Source: a virus. From it: a stretch of DNA of 53,362 nucleotides. Location: the IMG/VR virus record IMGVR_UViG_3300047160_009474, positions 1-53,362 of that record; one strand, 5' to 3'. Shown here in pieces: positions 23,301 through 32,062 of this stretch; position 1 is the first letter of the stretch, and each line of letters starts with the position of its first letter. The position numbers and the translations under genes are program-made. The notes beneath the pieces are model-generated. The model worked only from the letters and a program-made list of their open reading frames with translations, was not told the origin of the DNA and ran no database searches.

Positions 23301-24725
23301 CGTGTTGGTGATGCTGTCACTATCAAACCAAAAACTCATTCCCGTTAGGCCGGTGATACTCCAGTTGGTTACGCCAACCACCTGCCCATTAAGAACATTT
23401 AAGATGGATTGCCCAGCGATGCTGACCGATTGACTAACCCCGTTATTATTACCGAGGTTCTTCGGCAGTAAGTTGAATGTGTTGGCACCGTTGGTAATAT
23501 AGAAATTATCAGTGTTGGTCATCAAGATCCACCTGTGATGGCCATTGACATCCCCTACAAAATAGTTGGAGGCTGGATATCCTGGAATGGGAGTAAACCT
23601 TTGCCATCCATTGGTGACTGTGAAGGCAGCACCACCCCAGGTGTTGGTTCCATAAATGGCCCACGGAACTTGCCATTCTTCATCCAGATACCATCCAGCA
23701 TAAGGAGCAAAATGGGGGAACGGCACGTCACCATACAGCGGGTTCCAGTTTGTAGTGCAGGCGTTAACGGCTTGTGGCAATAAGCTGCTGCCAACCATCC
23801 CATTAATAACGGCACCACTGTCTTGAACAAAATGACCCATGGCCCCATTCATCCAAAGAAAGGTCTCGGGAATTCCAAAATCATTTGAGCAAACAAAGGA
23901 TGAAAGTTGCGGGTCAGGAACGATATCAAAGTTGGACACCTTGTATCCATTGGCAACCGGGTCCCGATTGCCTGACACAATAATGATTTCCCGACAAGAC
24001 CTCTTGATCAAGTCTGGTCCCGATAAAGAGCTGTATTGGTCAGGCCCACTGTGATATAGGTTATACAAGTTATAAAGAGGGCCTGCGAATATCATCGTAA
24101 CCGAATTAGTTGGAACTTTTCCCAGGGCTTTGCGATACACCGTAAGAGCACTGGGATACGAGATCGAATTGGTGTAGGTGGAGGAGAAGAGCGGATTAGC
24201 CAAATACAACGGGCTCGGATTACCAGACCATCCTAATACCCCATTGTTGTTGGTTATCCCAATATACCCCCCTTGATAAGCAGAAGGAGACGTTCCGATT
24301 GGAATAAAAGGGTATTTAAAGTACTTGTTAACAACATCATACAGTGGACCGCCCGATACATCAGAGCGATTGTCTGTGGAAGAAACTGCTGCAATGATAT
24401 TAACCAGCCCCTTATCCATGAAACCCAGGGCGGCGTAGTAGGCCTCAATCCCATCAAAGTCCAGCCCGATATCATCATCCCAGATGACCATGGGTGCGGT
24501 GTTGTTTGGACCTTGAATATTGCCGATGGCAATGTCGGTGGTGATGTTCAGGTTTGTCAATCCCGCGCCATTCCCTGAATACGTACCATTGTAAAGGTTC
24601 GCCGTATTGGTCAGCTTCAGCGCATTGGGCACGCTGCCGTCTGGATACATGGGCACGTAAGGGGAACCCGCACCAAAGGCCGAGAGCGCACAGCAGAGAC
24701 AGCAAAGTGAGATCAACTTTTTCAT
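20331..24725 (-). CDS. Giant tail fibre / depolymerase-like protein (1,464 aa) with two tandem LamG/ConA-like lectin repeats and a C-terminal beta-helix region
   Basis: A ~270-aa internal duplication (WFDSDSITNTVNNSTIVRWPES... / WFDSDTITNTVNGSTIVNWPES...). Beta-helix-like NNCGAGGFDNGFAF...HVNNCTNGIVVG. Last large gene of the morphogenesis operon. Confidence 0.7.
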   Translation of the reverse strand: MKKLISLCCLCCALSAFGAGSPYVPMYPDGSVPNALKLTNTANLYNGTYSGNGAGLTNLNITTDIAIGNIQGPNNTAPMVIWDDDIGLDFDGIEAYYAALGFMDKGLVNIIAAVSSTDNRSDVSGGPLYDVVNKYFKYPFIPIGTSPSAYQGGYIGITNNNGVLGWSGNPSPLYLANPLFSSTYTNSISYPSALTVYRKALGKVPTNSVTMIFAGPLYNLYNLYHSGPDQYSSLSGPDLIKRSCREIIIVSGNRDPVANGYKVSNFDIVPDPQLSSFVCSNDFGIPETFLWMNGAMGHFVQDSGAVINGMVGSSLLPQAVNACTTNWNPLYGDVPFPHFAPYAGWYLDEEWQVPWAIYGTNTWGGAAFTVTNGWQRFTPIPGYPASNYFVGDVNGHHRWILMTNTDNFYITNGANTFNLLPKNLGNNNGVSQSVSIAGQSILNVLNGQVVGVTNWSITGLTGMSFWFDSDSITNTVNNSTIVRWPESVFGGTLAATNAGATAPTYVTNQLNGHPVVNFNGSQFLQSLAKDYFKPASVFAVIKSAGVPSFQDFFAPAGTSGNNPGPSLRLTPGGLVEFFYPCGGSLAISPSPIANGPWYIIVATYANDGTSKLWLNGALVTNLVSILNPSFTPVPMLIGANKCAGTLQEQFSGQMADIGLSSFTLSDGDVASITTYFQNKYGLVTSGGVITSGVTTNINTPSTVQNAPYTINSVTNGLIQKSSTFGIINLGGINRNWFDSDTITNTVNGSTIVNWPESILGLYPATNGGPKAPTFIISGLNGHNVANFGTNQYLQSGVYTGQSQGTVIAVFNCTNNSPVYRTILGTQGSGGVGLRLNPSSQLELLFAGHATFGNSQTIFNTNTWYAVMATYSNLTGNFSIYVNGKQDTNGINSFGTFGNFTNIIGADNDQNLASPYNYFQGYIADTYTSDKYPQSAADVDETFKFLNFKYNIYPAPVVVTNTGQVNFGWNINGSATGLTNLWMAYSNDQQILTPEMFGAKGDGVADDTVPCNTCEAKAEALILKGFNVQSQYNPRLYYKMTGTLNLTNRFNIYSHGKTWGGVFGGAQLPTFVSSANPALTCNLTNIFPAGSVIEGITVASSNAFFNGAGKITAGQNGFVFVCTNSNFQTFNVNNCGAGGFDNGFAFTNINDTALYGLHVNNCTNGIVVGSWASGNSTTQQGCKISEYRANCYGTHLLIDGLYGSAGEWSLYDLDLGGAGNTNHHLTYFRGCRITAINCHLEGQGLINRSGFYPIYLDNTRFNMIGGDCDLGGQPTFFCTNNGSFRVTGGVLLASADLGDGNHYYAVFNNGGFASAGCAYDDWGNTAATLLCTNVSGGATLTIGNASQMTFTGIGGSLQPFLLGGDVDKTKYHEIFGFGNHFYFTSIGNEWDWLNAGGTQVASLQNSQLILGGAGTASVIATNTGPGLYFVTNNSAANGSLLILQAGSGNAYMRTNGTWKALAIGP

Positions 24726-25054
24726 GACACGAAGTAAAGCTGGGCTGTTACCGCGACGAACGCACCAGACCCGCCGAAGACGAGAGGGTTTGAGACTGGC
24801 GTGAAGGTGTAGGTCCCGGCTCCATTCCCATAGACATTGTTTTGGTCACTGACGCTTACGTCGTTAGGCGCAACCAACACGGCGCGATACGTGTGCCCAA
24901 TTTGAATGTTGACGTTATAATGTTGGTTGAAGTCATAAGTGGACCCTGCAGGGATCAGGTTGGTTCCGCCTCCCTTCACTGCTAGCATTTTGGCCAGCAG
25001 CACCCGTATCCCGTCAGCCGCCTGCGGTGCGAAATTACTAAAGCCCATGCTCAC
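24722..25054 (-). CDS. Structural-module hypothetical protein (110 aa)
   Basis: ATGA-coupled to the fibre gene. Confidence 0.55.
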   Translation of the reverse strand: MSMGFSNFAPQAADGIRVLLAKMLAVKGGGTNLIPAGSTYDFNQHYNVNIQIGHTYRAVLVAPNDVSVSDQNNVYGNGAGTYTFTPVSNPLVFGGSGAFVAVTAQLYFVS

Positions 25055-25218
25055 GGTTGGCCCCTGAGCGTTCGCAGCACCTTGACCTGGGTCGCTCGCC
25101 GTGTGTCGGTCTGCTTAGAGACATTGCGGCCCGTTGGGACCAACTGCTGTAGGAATTTCTTCCAGAGCATCAGCCGCGTATCCCCCGCTTTGGGTGGTGT
25201 GTTGGGAGGAAAGGGCAT
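25051..25218 (-). CDS. Small hypothetical protein (55 aa)
   Basis: Trimmed to the Met directly after the upstream stop (MPFPPNTPPKAGDTRLMLWKKF...). Confidence 0.4.
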   Translation of the reverse strand: MPFPPNTPPKAGDTRLMLWKKFLQQLVPTGRNVSKQTDTRRATQVKVLRTLRGQP

Positions 25219-25219
25219 G

Positions 25220-25510
25220 CTACCAGTCCCGCATCGCGTCCTCGGTGGCGACAATGAATGGATAGAGAAGTTCAACCGCAGCACCGGCGACCGCAGTGAA
25301 CGTGGCCCCCTGCCAGTACTTCACCCGGCCAGTGCTGGTGCATCGGTAGCCTTTGCCCTTCCACCGGTCCTGGGTGGGCGCGGCGTAGGTCCTCATTCCG
25401 GTCTTCACCCAGGTTGTGCCGGGGCTGCTGACAAACTTGAACTGTTGACGTGTGGGCAGCTCATGGAACTGGGAGCGGTAATGGACTCCCTGGTGTAGGA
25501 AGGTGCTCAT
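25220..25510 (-). CDS. Structural-module hypothetical protein (96 aa)
   Basis: ATGA-coupled ORF in the operon. Confidence 0.55.
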   Translation of the reverse strand: MSTFLHQGVHYRSQFHELPTRQQFKFVSSPGTTWVKTGMRTYAAPTQDRWKGKGYRCTSTGRVKYWQGATFTAVAGAAVELLYPFIVATEDAMRDW

Positions 25511-25749
25511 GCGTTGGGATAACCTTGTTGCCTCATGCTGCCGACATAACCGCCGTAGTCCGGTTTAGCCTCATTCATCTTCTCCTTGCCATAGCCCGGC
25601 ATGGGCGCATCACCGAACTGCGTCATGCAGACTCGTCCGTCTGGCTTGCGCCGGAACGTGCAGACGAGGTCGAACTCCTGCGCTCCTTCGCCCTCAGGCA
25701 CCGCCGCATTCTGGGGCGGATGGAACTCCACCTTTTCGTAGTCCTTCAT
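25507..25749 (-). CDS. Structural-module hypothetical protein (80 aa)
   Basis: ATG-initiated ORF tightly packed in the operon. Confidence 0.55.
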   Translation of the reverse strand: MKDYEKVEFHPPQNAAVPEGEGAQEFDLVCTFRRKPDGRVCMTQFGDAPMPGYGKEKMNEAKPDYGGYVGSMRQQGYPNA

Positions 25750-25750
25750 A

Positions 25751-25885
25751 TCAGCAGTTCACCGGGTGACCACCTTTGAAATTCGATGGCTTGCCGCCGG
25801 GGGCATGTTTATATCCGCCTCTGCCGCCGCCTGCGGATTTAATGACAGCAGTCCCCCTGGCCTTTTTTGGTTTCTTACCTTTCAT
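25751..25885 (-). CDS. Very basic Gly/Lys-rich small protein (44 aa)
   Basis: MKGKKPKKARGTAVIKSAGGGRGGYKHAPGGKPSNFKGGHPVNC, with AAAGG upstream. Confidence 0.35.
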   Translation of the reverse strand: MKGKKPKKARGTAVIKSAGGGRGGYKHAPGGKPSNFKGGHPVNC

Positions 25886-25965
25886 AGTTAACCTTTCTTT
25901 GAAGTGGGGAAAACCCCGGTGAGGACCAACCGCCACCCCACCGGGGAGCCCAAGTACACTACCAA

Positions 25966-27333
25966 TCAGCTGCAGCTGACACAGTCGAAGTCAGCAACGC
26001 ATCGGGTAAAGATGAGCAGCCGTCCGTAATCAGGGAAAATCGGCTTGGCCGCATGCCGGTATTCGGCAACGTGCCGTCCCAGTTTGTGGGTCGGGTCCTG
26101 GGTGCCAGCCGGGCAATCCGGGAAGCCGATCAATGCATCGTTGCCGGTGATGAAATTCCATTCCCCCATATAATTTTGGGCCATCCATTTCATGCCCGGC
26201 GCAGAGTTGACGGGCCGCAGAACCTCTTCGGTGTAGACCCATGGGTTGAGCACAATGCAGCCTTCGTAGGTGGCGATGTTGGGGTTCTGCCAGTAGGGGT
26301 TCACGATGGATACCTGCCCCTTCGTCGCATTGACCTGAGCGGTCGACATGTTCCAGGTCGGCACCCGGTAGTAACCGGTCGCCGTGGCGACAGTCGGTGG
26401 CAGTCCGGGAGCCAGTGACAGGGCCTGGCCGGAAGTCAGCCATGCCCACCGTGGCGGAAACATCGTGATGATGTGCCGAAAGTTCTTGATGACCCGCGAG
26501 GCACCCATGCGGGCAATCACCGGGTTGGCATCGCCAAAGGCTTCAAAGGCCGAGCGGTAATCACGGCGAAGCTCGCTGTTGTTAAGCAGGATTTTATTCG
26601 AAGCTTCCTGACCAATGAGCAGCGAATAGATAGGACCCTCAGGACCCAGCGTCATCCAACCGTTGCTGTTGGGATCGAATGCGCCGGTCTCGTTTAAGTT
26701 GAGTGCCGTCAGGTCCAGAAAGTCCTGCGAGAGATTGCAGGAAGCCTGGCCGATGGCAGTGCTGCCCGCCGTCACACCGTTCAAGTCAACAATGGAGGGT
26801 GGCGGCTGGGCTGCGGCCTGGTTGAAGATGCCCGGCACGAAGGTGAAAGGGCTGGAGGTCGAATTAATACAAGCCGCCTTGCTTGAATAATTCATGTAAA
26901 TGTTGGCGAGCCGATTGATGATGGATTTGGCATTTCTTTTCTCCAATGCCATAAAATACTTTTCCCAAAAATCGGTCGAGTTCCAATGCAGCGTGAGGTC
27001 GTCCTGACAGATGAGCGGGCCGACCAGGCCGAACTCTTCGGGCTTGTACACGACCTCCAGGTGACCCACATAGGTCTGGTTGTAGGTGACGGCACAGCTG
27101 CCCACAAAGGTTCCGCCGGAAGTGGTTTGGATGGGGGGCCAGGTTTCTTCATCGGTCGCCGGTTCGCTTCGACCAATCGTGAAGGCCGAGCGGTTCAGAC
27201 CGGCTCCCACCGGCCATTCAGCGCGGGGGACCAGGTTCAACCAGGGGTCTTGCCAGGAGGCACGAACGTAGAGTTGCGGGCCGAGATCTTCGACGCGCAT
27301 TCTCAGGACATCGAACGGATTTAAACAGGCCAT
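25966..27333 (-). CDS. Probable major capsid protein (455 aa)
   Basis: Follows the scaffold gene in the canonical portal-scaffold-capsid order. It has its own late motif upstream and a non-repetitive globular sequence. No homology search was run. Confidence 0.6.
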   Translation of the reverse strand: MACLNPFDVLRMRVEDLGPQLYVRASWQDPWLNLVPRAEWPVGAGLNRSAFTIGRSEPATDEETWPPIQTTSGGTFVGSCAVTYNQTYVGHLEVVYKPEEFGLVGPLICQDDLTLHWNSTDFWEKYFMALEKRNAKSIINRLANIYMNYSSKAACINSTSSPFTFVPGIFNQAAAQPPPSIVDLNGVTAGSTAIGQASCNLSQDFLDLTALNLNETGAFDPNSNGWMTLGPEGPIYSLLIGQEASNKILLNNSELRRDYRSAFEAFGDANPVIARMGASRVIKNFRHIITMFPPRWAWLTSGQALSLAPGLPPTVATATGYYRVPTWNMSTAQVNATKGQVSIVNPYWQNPNIATYEGCIVLNPWVYTEEVLRPVNSAPGMKWMAQNYMGEWNFITGNDALIGFPDCPAGTQDPTHKLGRHVAEYRHAAKPIFPDYGRLLIFTRCVADFDCVSCS

Positions 27334-27526
27334 AAAAATCTCAAAGTTGCCAACGTGTTTGCAGGGGAAGACCGCATGCCGATGCGGCGACACACTGCGG
27401 GTGTTTTGGATTTTTACGCGATGAAGTCGGCGCGTAACGCCGGTGCTCCTGGTCCTGTTACCGAGCTTTAATGACCTGAGGCTGTTTTATGTCGGTTGCA
27501 GCCTTCAACCAAGGCATCTGTCGCAC

Positions 27527-27546
27527 GTTGCCAAAAACGTGTCAAC
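27527..27546 (-). promoter_or_regulatory. Late-type inverted-repeat motif upstream of the capsid gene (minus reading GTTGACA-cgtttt-TGGCAAC)
   Basis: Forward GTTGCCAaaaacgTGTCAAC. The extended match to 1636-1665 comprises ATCTGTTGACA and CAACGTGCGA at identical spacing. Confidence 0.6.
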
Positions 27547-27550
27547 AGAT

Positions 27551-27700
27551 TTATTTCCGAATCGTAGTGCGGTAGGGCTCTGTGCGCCTGAGCAAGTCCT
27601 TGCCTCGCTGTCGCTCAAAGGTCATCCCGATGCTAAAGCCAATAGCGAACACATATCCCAGTATCAGCAGGGCCAGCAGGATGGCCCCTGCGATTATCAT
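27551..27700 (-). CDS. Small single-pass membrane protein (49 aa)
   Basis: Its ATG overlaps the scaffold stop (ATGA). MIIAGAILLALLILGYVFAIGFSIGM... Confidence 0.4.
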   Translation of the reverse strand: MIIAGAILLALLILGYVFAIGFSIGMTFERQRGKDLLRRTEPYRTTIRK

Positions 27701-28869
27701 TGCTCGTCCAACCTCGGCAGGTTCGCAACCCACGGGGCCATGGCCTGCCGGGGGCTGGAGCCGGGAGCAATCAGGACTTTCCTGGGCTCGTTGCCGTTGG
27801 TGGTGGTCTCAGTGTTCTGGACTCGCGCATTCGGTTGAGCCGCACTGAGACTCTTGATTTGCTCCTGCGCTTTGGCTAACTGGTCCCGCAAAGCAAGGTT
27901 CTCCTCCAGCACTGGCTCCGAGCCGGTCCCCGCCACAATCAGCCGCAGGATGCTATCCGCGCTGCCCTTGCCACTGAAAAGGTTCCTCACCACCTGGACC
28001 CGCTGGTCGACTGCCTTGTTCCACTCCTCCTGCCCTTCCCGTTTCTGGAAGGCCGGGTGCCCATTCTTGGCATTCTGTGCGGCCAAGAGCACTGAATCCA
28101 CAGCCTTGTTGAGCATGACACCCTGGTCGGCAACCCGTTTGGCTTCAGTCTCCTGCATCTGGCGGAAGTTCTCCTGGCTCTTCTTGATTTCGCCCTGCCG
28201 CTCATTCTCCAGTATCGCCAGGCTATTAACCACCCCACCGATTCGGGCCGCAGCCATGGAGGTAAGGTCCGCCGTGAATTCGTCCAGCTGCGTGTCTTTG
28301 TATTCACCCTCGGGCATCTCCAGAATCTTGGCGATTTGGTCAGCCCTTTCCTTCCCGACAATGGAGCGAGCCACATCAATCTGCGCCTTCCTCTTGTCCC
28401 CGAAGTAAGCCTGGAACCTCGGGTGCTGGGTGACATCGACCACCTTCAGACGCTCGCTCAGAGCATCCCGCTCCTCCTGCAATGATTTGTACTCTGAGCT
28501 CTCGGTCGCCGGTGTGGCCGTGGTCTTCTTGGCATCATCGCGCTCCGACTCAAGCGTCTTTATCCGGGTCTCATATTCAGCGTATTTACTATCCCGGACC
28601 TTCTTAAACTCTTTCCACTGGTCAGCCGAGCGGGGCCACTTGTCCTCGGTGGTCACCGGCTCCCGGGCGGGCTCTTTGGCCGGTTCCTTCTGCGGCTCCT
28701 TGGGTGGCTCTTTGTCGGGCTCCTTCGGTGGCTCAGGCTCAACCAGTTTGTCTTTATTGGGAATATTCGCGGGCGTTCCGATTTGCGGGTTGGGCAACTC
28801 TGCGGAGAGTGCGCCCATGAAATCTTTCAACGCCTGCGCCGGTGGTGCTAGTGTCGGTGCATCAGGCAT
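27697..28869 (-). CDS. Probable scaffolding protein (~390 aa)
   Basis: Charged, coiled-coil-rich, with an EPxKEP repeat tract, lying immediately upstream of the capsid gene. Start is ATG 28869 or GTG 28875. Confidence 0.6.
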   Translation of the reverse strand: MPDAPTLAPPAQALKDFMGALSAELPNPQIGTPANIPNKDKLVEPEPPKEPDKEPPKEPQKEPAKEPAREPVTTEDKWPRSADQWKEFKKVRDSKYAEYETRIKTLESERDDAKKTTATPATESSEYKSLQEERDALSERLKVVDVTQHPRFQAYFGDKRKAQIDVARSIVGKERADQIAKILEMPEGEYKDTQLDEFTADLTSMAAARIGGVVNSLAILENERQGEIKKSQENFRQMQETEAKRVADQGVMLNKAVDSVLLAAQNAKNGHPAFQKREGQEEWNKAVDQRVQVVRNLFSGKGSADSILRLIVAGTGSEPVLEENLALRDQLAKAQEQIKSLSAAQPNARVQNTETTTNGNEPRKVLIAPGSSPRQAMAPWVANLPRLDEQ

Positions 28870-28886
28870 AATCACTACATGAAACC

Positions 28887-28906
28887 GTTGTCAGTAACCT
28901 GTCAAC
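28887..28906 (-). promoter_or_regulatory. Late-type inverted-repeat motif upstream of the scaffold gene (minus reading GTTGACA-ggttac-TGACAAC)
   Basis: Forward GTTGTCAgtaaccTGTCAAC, 17 nt from the scaffold ATG. Confidence 0.6.
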
Positions 28907-28909
28907 AAC

Positions 28910-29245
28910 TTACTTGCGTAATTCCTCGGGCTCGAACGTGGCATCGGGTGCCGTGCCGATGGCTTTGAACTGTCCCAGTGCCTCCAGGTTAGCCAGGCAC
29001 ATCGAGTAGCCCTCGGCCCTGGCCTGCAGGATAGCCCGCATCTCCAGGGATGAATTGTGGTGGTCCTCAACCACCAGGGCCGGGTGTTCGTTGTGCAGCA
29101 CCGCCAGCATGAGCTGGAGCCGGGAATCCCCCAGCAGGATCTTCGCCTGCCCGGAGAGCTCCTTATCGGCCTGCCACTCATGCAATCGCAATTCTGTAAC
29201 CGTGCGGGTTACGATTTGGATCTTGAGCTGTCTTTTACCGAACAT
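28910..29245 (-). CDS. Hypothetical protein (111 aa)
   Basis: Trimmed to MFGKRQLKIQIVTRTV.... Last gene of the inserted cassette. Confidence 0.5.
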   Translation of the reverse strand: MFGKRQLKIQIVTRTVTELRLHEWQADKELSGQAKILLGDSRLQLMLAVLHNEHPALVVEDHHNSSLEMRAILQARAEGYSMCLANLEALGQFKAIGTAPDATFEPEELRK

Positions 29246-29558
29246 CGGGATCCACTTTATGAGGCGGGATAATTGTGCCCGCAGCTTTAACAATGACATC
29301 CATTTCCTCCCAACTCTTGAGTTCCAGCACCAGAAACTTGCGGCCAATCACGGTGAGACCCCGGAAGATCGTAACCATGTTGCCCTCCTGCTCGATGCGA
29401 TAGCCCCGTTCCTTCATCCAGCCCAGGGCATCCTGGTCCTTGTAGTGCATGCCATGGTAGATATGCGGCGGCAGTTCCTTCTTCAGGGTCTGGTCCACCC
29501 ACTTGAACTTCATCCGCTCGATGCCTTTGCGAATATCGTCTCTGGCTATTCGTTTCAT
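29235..29558 (-). CDS. Hypothetical protein (107 aa)
   Basis: Its ATG overlaps the upstream TAA (TAATG). MKRIARDDIRKGIERMKFKWVDQ... Confidence 0.5.
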   Translation of the reverse strand: MKRIARDDIRKGIERMKFKWVDQTLKKELPPHIYHGMHYKDQDALGWMKERGYRIEQEGNMVTIFRGLTVIGRKFLVLELKSWEEMDVIVKAAGTIIPPHKVDPDVR

Positions 29559-29902
29559 TAGTATGGCCCCCACTGAACTGGACCCGGGGGCACAGGTTTT
29601 ACCGGCGGGGTTAGTTCCACAATCCATCCACACTTGGAGCAGAAGGCTCTTTGTATGGGCATCGATTGCAGCTGGGGATGTGTGTTGCCAGCTACCGGGT
29701 TCTGGCAGGGCGCATACATCTGCACGTAGTTATGTCCCGCAGCAAGGCAGGGGTGGGTTGCCGGTGAGGGTTTCGGCGGTGCCGGTCGAGGCGGGTCTTT
29801 CGGTGGTGGTGTCCTGACCGTCCTCTTGTCAACGGTCCTTTGGGTCCTGGAGCCAAATGACTCCCGTCTGTGTTTTTGTCTTCGTTTGGTTTTCTTTTTC
29901 AT
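29558..29902 (-). CDS. Basic/Pro-rich protein with a Cys cluster (114 aa)
   Basis: MKKKTKRRQKHRR... then PPPKDPPRPAPPKPSP and FCSKCGW. ATGA-coupled. Confidence 0.5.
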   Translation of the reverse strand: MKKKTKRRQKHRRESFGSRTQRTVDKRTVRTPPPKDPPRPAPPKPSPATHPCLAAGHNYVQMYAPCQNPVAGNTHPQLQSMPIQRAFCSKCGWIVELTPPVKPVPPGPVQWGPY

Positions 29903-30900
29903 AAATCGCTCACCAGTATCGTGAGGTCATCGTGCGGAATCTCGACCCACCCGCATTTCAAATCATTCACCCCCAGTGTGATGAGCCACTTGCCCTCCCG
30001 CAACAGTGCCCCGCAGGGGAACACCACCAGGGGTTTGCGCGGGAACCAGTAATCGTTCTGGCTCCCGATGAGCAAGGGCTCTGCCGTAACTTTTGTTACG
30101 TTGAACGGTGGCTCTGCTTTGAAGGCGTAGGCTCCCATAAAGTATCGCCGGTAGGGCGGCTTCCATTCCATCGAACTGTGAAAGAAGGTCCAGTATTCAT
30201 CACCTACCCGAACCGGCGGGGTGCCCCCGCGAATCACACCATGCGGCCAGGGGCATTCACTGGTGGTCTTGTAGACCTGGCTCTGGCGCATCTCCCCATC
30301 GAACTCGACAATCTCATGGTTGGGTGGACCGGCATAAAGCATGTGGGGTTTCTGGGAGTGGAACCACCAGAGCCAGTTCTTTTCATGCCCCCGGTTCTGT
30401 CCCAGCCCGCCGCCATTCTTGCCGTAGTCAGGATCATACCGGGATACGGCGACCCACTTGTCATCCACCGGCACCAGGATCTGGTGTCCACCGGTCCAGC
30501 GGTTGCGGTCACCAAACCAAACGAAGTTGCAGGCACCAATCCAGGTGCGCCCGCCAAAGACAACGGCGCGAGGATCCTCAAACTGCTCCTCGGGCTTGCT
30601 CGGCATCATTTGGACTTTCACCCCGCGCAGTGGAGTGATGCCATCAGGCTCTCCCAGGGCAAAGGCGTAAATGGCATTGCGGCCAAAGCGCAGCCGGTCT
30701 TCGAAGATGGAGCGTCGGACCAAGAGCCAAAGTCCATCGGGCCGCTCAACGATGCCGGGATTGAAGTAGTCAACGTGGTCCTTTTCGGCCAGACCAAAGG
30801 AGAAGATCCCGGCCTTCCACCCGGAGTGTGCGGCCTGCTCGGTGAGCTTGGGAACCAGGTCGTCCCGCTTGAGGTGATGTTTTTCCAGCTGGTCGTTCAT
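29899..30900 (-). CDS. Beta-propeller glycosidase/phosphorylase-like or glycosyltransferase-like protein (333 aa)
   Basis: Motifs FEDPRAV and GHEKNWLWW recall GH130/GH43-type propellers and EKNW-type mannosyl enzymes (from memory). ATGA-coupled within the cassette. Confidence 0.4.
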   Translation of the reverse strand: MNDQLEKHHLKRDDLVPKLTEQAAHSGWKAGIFSFGLAEKDHVDYFNPGIVERPDGLWLLVRRSIFEDRLRFGRNAIYAFALGEPDGITPLRGVKVQMMPSKPEEQFEDPRAVVFGGRTWIGACNFVWFGDRNRWTGGHQILVPVDDKWVAVSRYDPDYGKNGGGLGQNRGHEKNWLWWFHSQKPHMLYAGPPNHEIVEFDGEMRQSQVYKTTSECPWPHGVIRGGTPPVRVGDEYWTFFHSSMEWKPPYRRYFMGAYAFKAEPPFNVTKVTAEPLLIGSQNDYWFPRKPLVVFPCGALLREGKWLITLGVNDLKCGWVEIPHDDLTILVSDL

Positions 30901-31511
30901 CGCACCTTGAAAATCTTGTAGGTCGCGCCGTCCTTAACACAGTCGGCGTAATCGAGGATGAGGCCCTGAGCTTTTCGCGTGGTCTCCCAGTCGCAGTCGT
31001 CAAACAGGATGATTCCATCTTTTCGCACTTTGGGGACATAGTTTTGAACGTCGCGGCAGGAGGGCACCTCGGCGTGATTGCCGTCGATGTTGAGCATGTC
31101 AATATTTGTGAATAACTGGTGAACATATTGGGACTGAGCTCGAATCGGAATCACGTACTCATCCAGGCCCAATCGCCAGAAAGCTTCCATCGCCCCCTTG
31201 TGTACCCAGTCCAGGTCGATGGATTGCCACCAGCCCTTGTTGGCATCGTTCTCAGACTCCAGGCAATCGGAACGCTTCCACGGGTCGATGGTGTAAAGCT
31301 TCCCGCGCCCCAGCTCTTTAAGAGCCAGCCCCATCGCAATGGTCGAGCGTCCCCCGAAACACCCGATTTCTACGATGAGGCCAGGCTCAAAATTAATAAC
31401 CAGTTCCGCCATCTCCACGCCGCGCTCCGGGGTGGTCCAGCCCTGCAGACACCCTTCCCGGTCCAGAACCAGTTCCCGGCGCAGTTGCACAATGAGAGCT
31501 TCAGCAATCAT
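30897..31511 (-). CDS. Class I SAM-dependent methyltransferase (204 aa)
   Basis: LIVEIGCFGGRSTIAMGLAL (SAM-binding loop) then ...YTIDPW...LNIDGNH, an O-methyltransferase / Methyltransf_24-like layout. Confidence 0.6.
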   Translation of the reverse strand: MIAEALIVQLRRELVLDREGCLQGWTTPERGVEMAELVINFEPGLIVEIGCFGGRSTIAMGLALKELGRGKLYTIDPWKRSDCLESENDANKGWWQSIDLDWVHKGAMEAFWRLGLDEYVIPIRAQSQYVHQLFTNIDMLNIDGNHAEVPSCRDVQNYVPKVRKDGIILFDDCDWETTRKAQGLILDYADCVKDGATYKIFKVR

Positions 31512-32062
31512 CGGCCCCTCCCATCGTGATGCCAGTGGATGTCACGCAGAGCCTCAATCTGCCTGCCTTGTTTGTGACACTCGTCAAACCAGCAGTAATC
31601 AATCGGCAGGTAATTCTCCAACGACTTGGCCCATGCCGTGGGCACCACCATGCCGCCCACTCCATACGGAAAGGGATAACAACTTCCACCCAGTTCGTAG
31701 AATTCGGCCATGTAAGCCTTGCCCTCATTGGCGGTTCGCAGTTGCGGCTGCCAGTTGCCGACCAGCCACGCATCATCATCGAGAAACCAGGACCATTTGC
31801 CCTGCGCTGCACTGAGCATCTCCTCGGTGAACCGCAGCATGTCCCCGCCTTTTGTCTTGCCCCGGTCGCTGACCACCACTCTGACCGGTACTTGCAGATT
31901 CAGCGTTTTAACGAACCACTCCCGCTCCGGCTGGTCCGCATCCACCTTCAGCACCACCTCGACCTCTGTCCGGTCCAGAGCTGTGTTGTCAATTGAACGC
32001 AGTGCCCTCTCCAGCCACTCATGCCGGTGGCGGCTGGGCATCAAGAACGACACCAGCTTCAT
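31508..32062 (-). CDS. GT-A fold glycosyltransferase-like protein (184 aa)
   Basis: VSFLMPSRHRHEWLERALRSI (family-2-like N-terminus) and a DxD motif, WFLDDDAW. Confidence 0.5.
   Translation of the reverse strand: MKLVSFLMPSRHRHEWLERALRSIDNTALDRTEVEVVLKVDADQPEREWFVKTLNLQVPVRVVVSDRGKTKGGDMLRFTEEMLSAAQGKWSWFLDDDAWLVGNWQPQLRTANEGKAYMAEFYELGGSCYPFPYGVGGMVVPTAWAKSLENYLPIDYCWFDECHKQGRQIEALRDIHWHHDGRGR

Noticed and set aside
20331-24725. A diversity-generating retroelement or other targeted hypervariation, suggested by the duplicated LamG segments in the fibre gene.
   Set aside because: No reverse transcriptase gene is present, there is no non-coding template repeat, and the two copies differ at all base types rather than at adenines only. 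This is an ordinary internal domain duplication.
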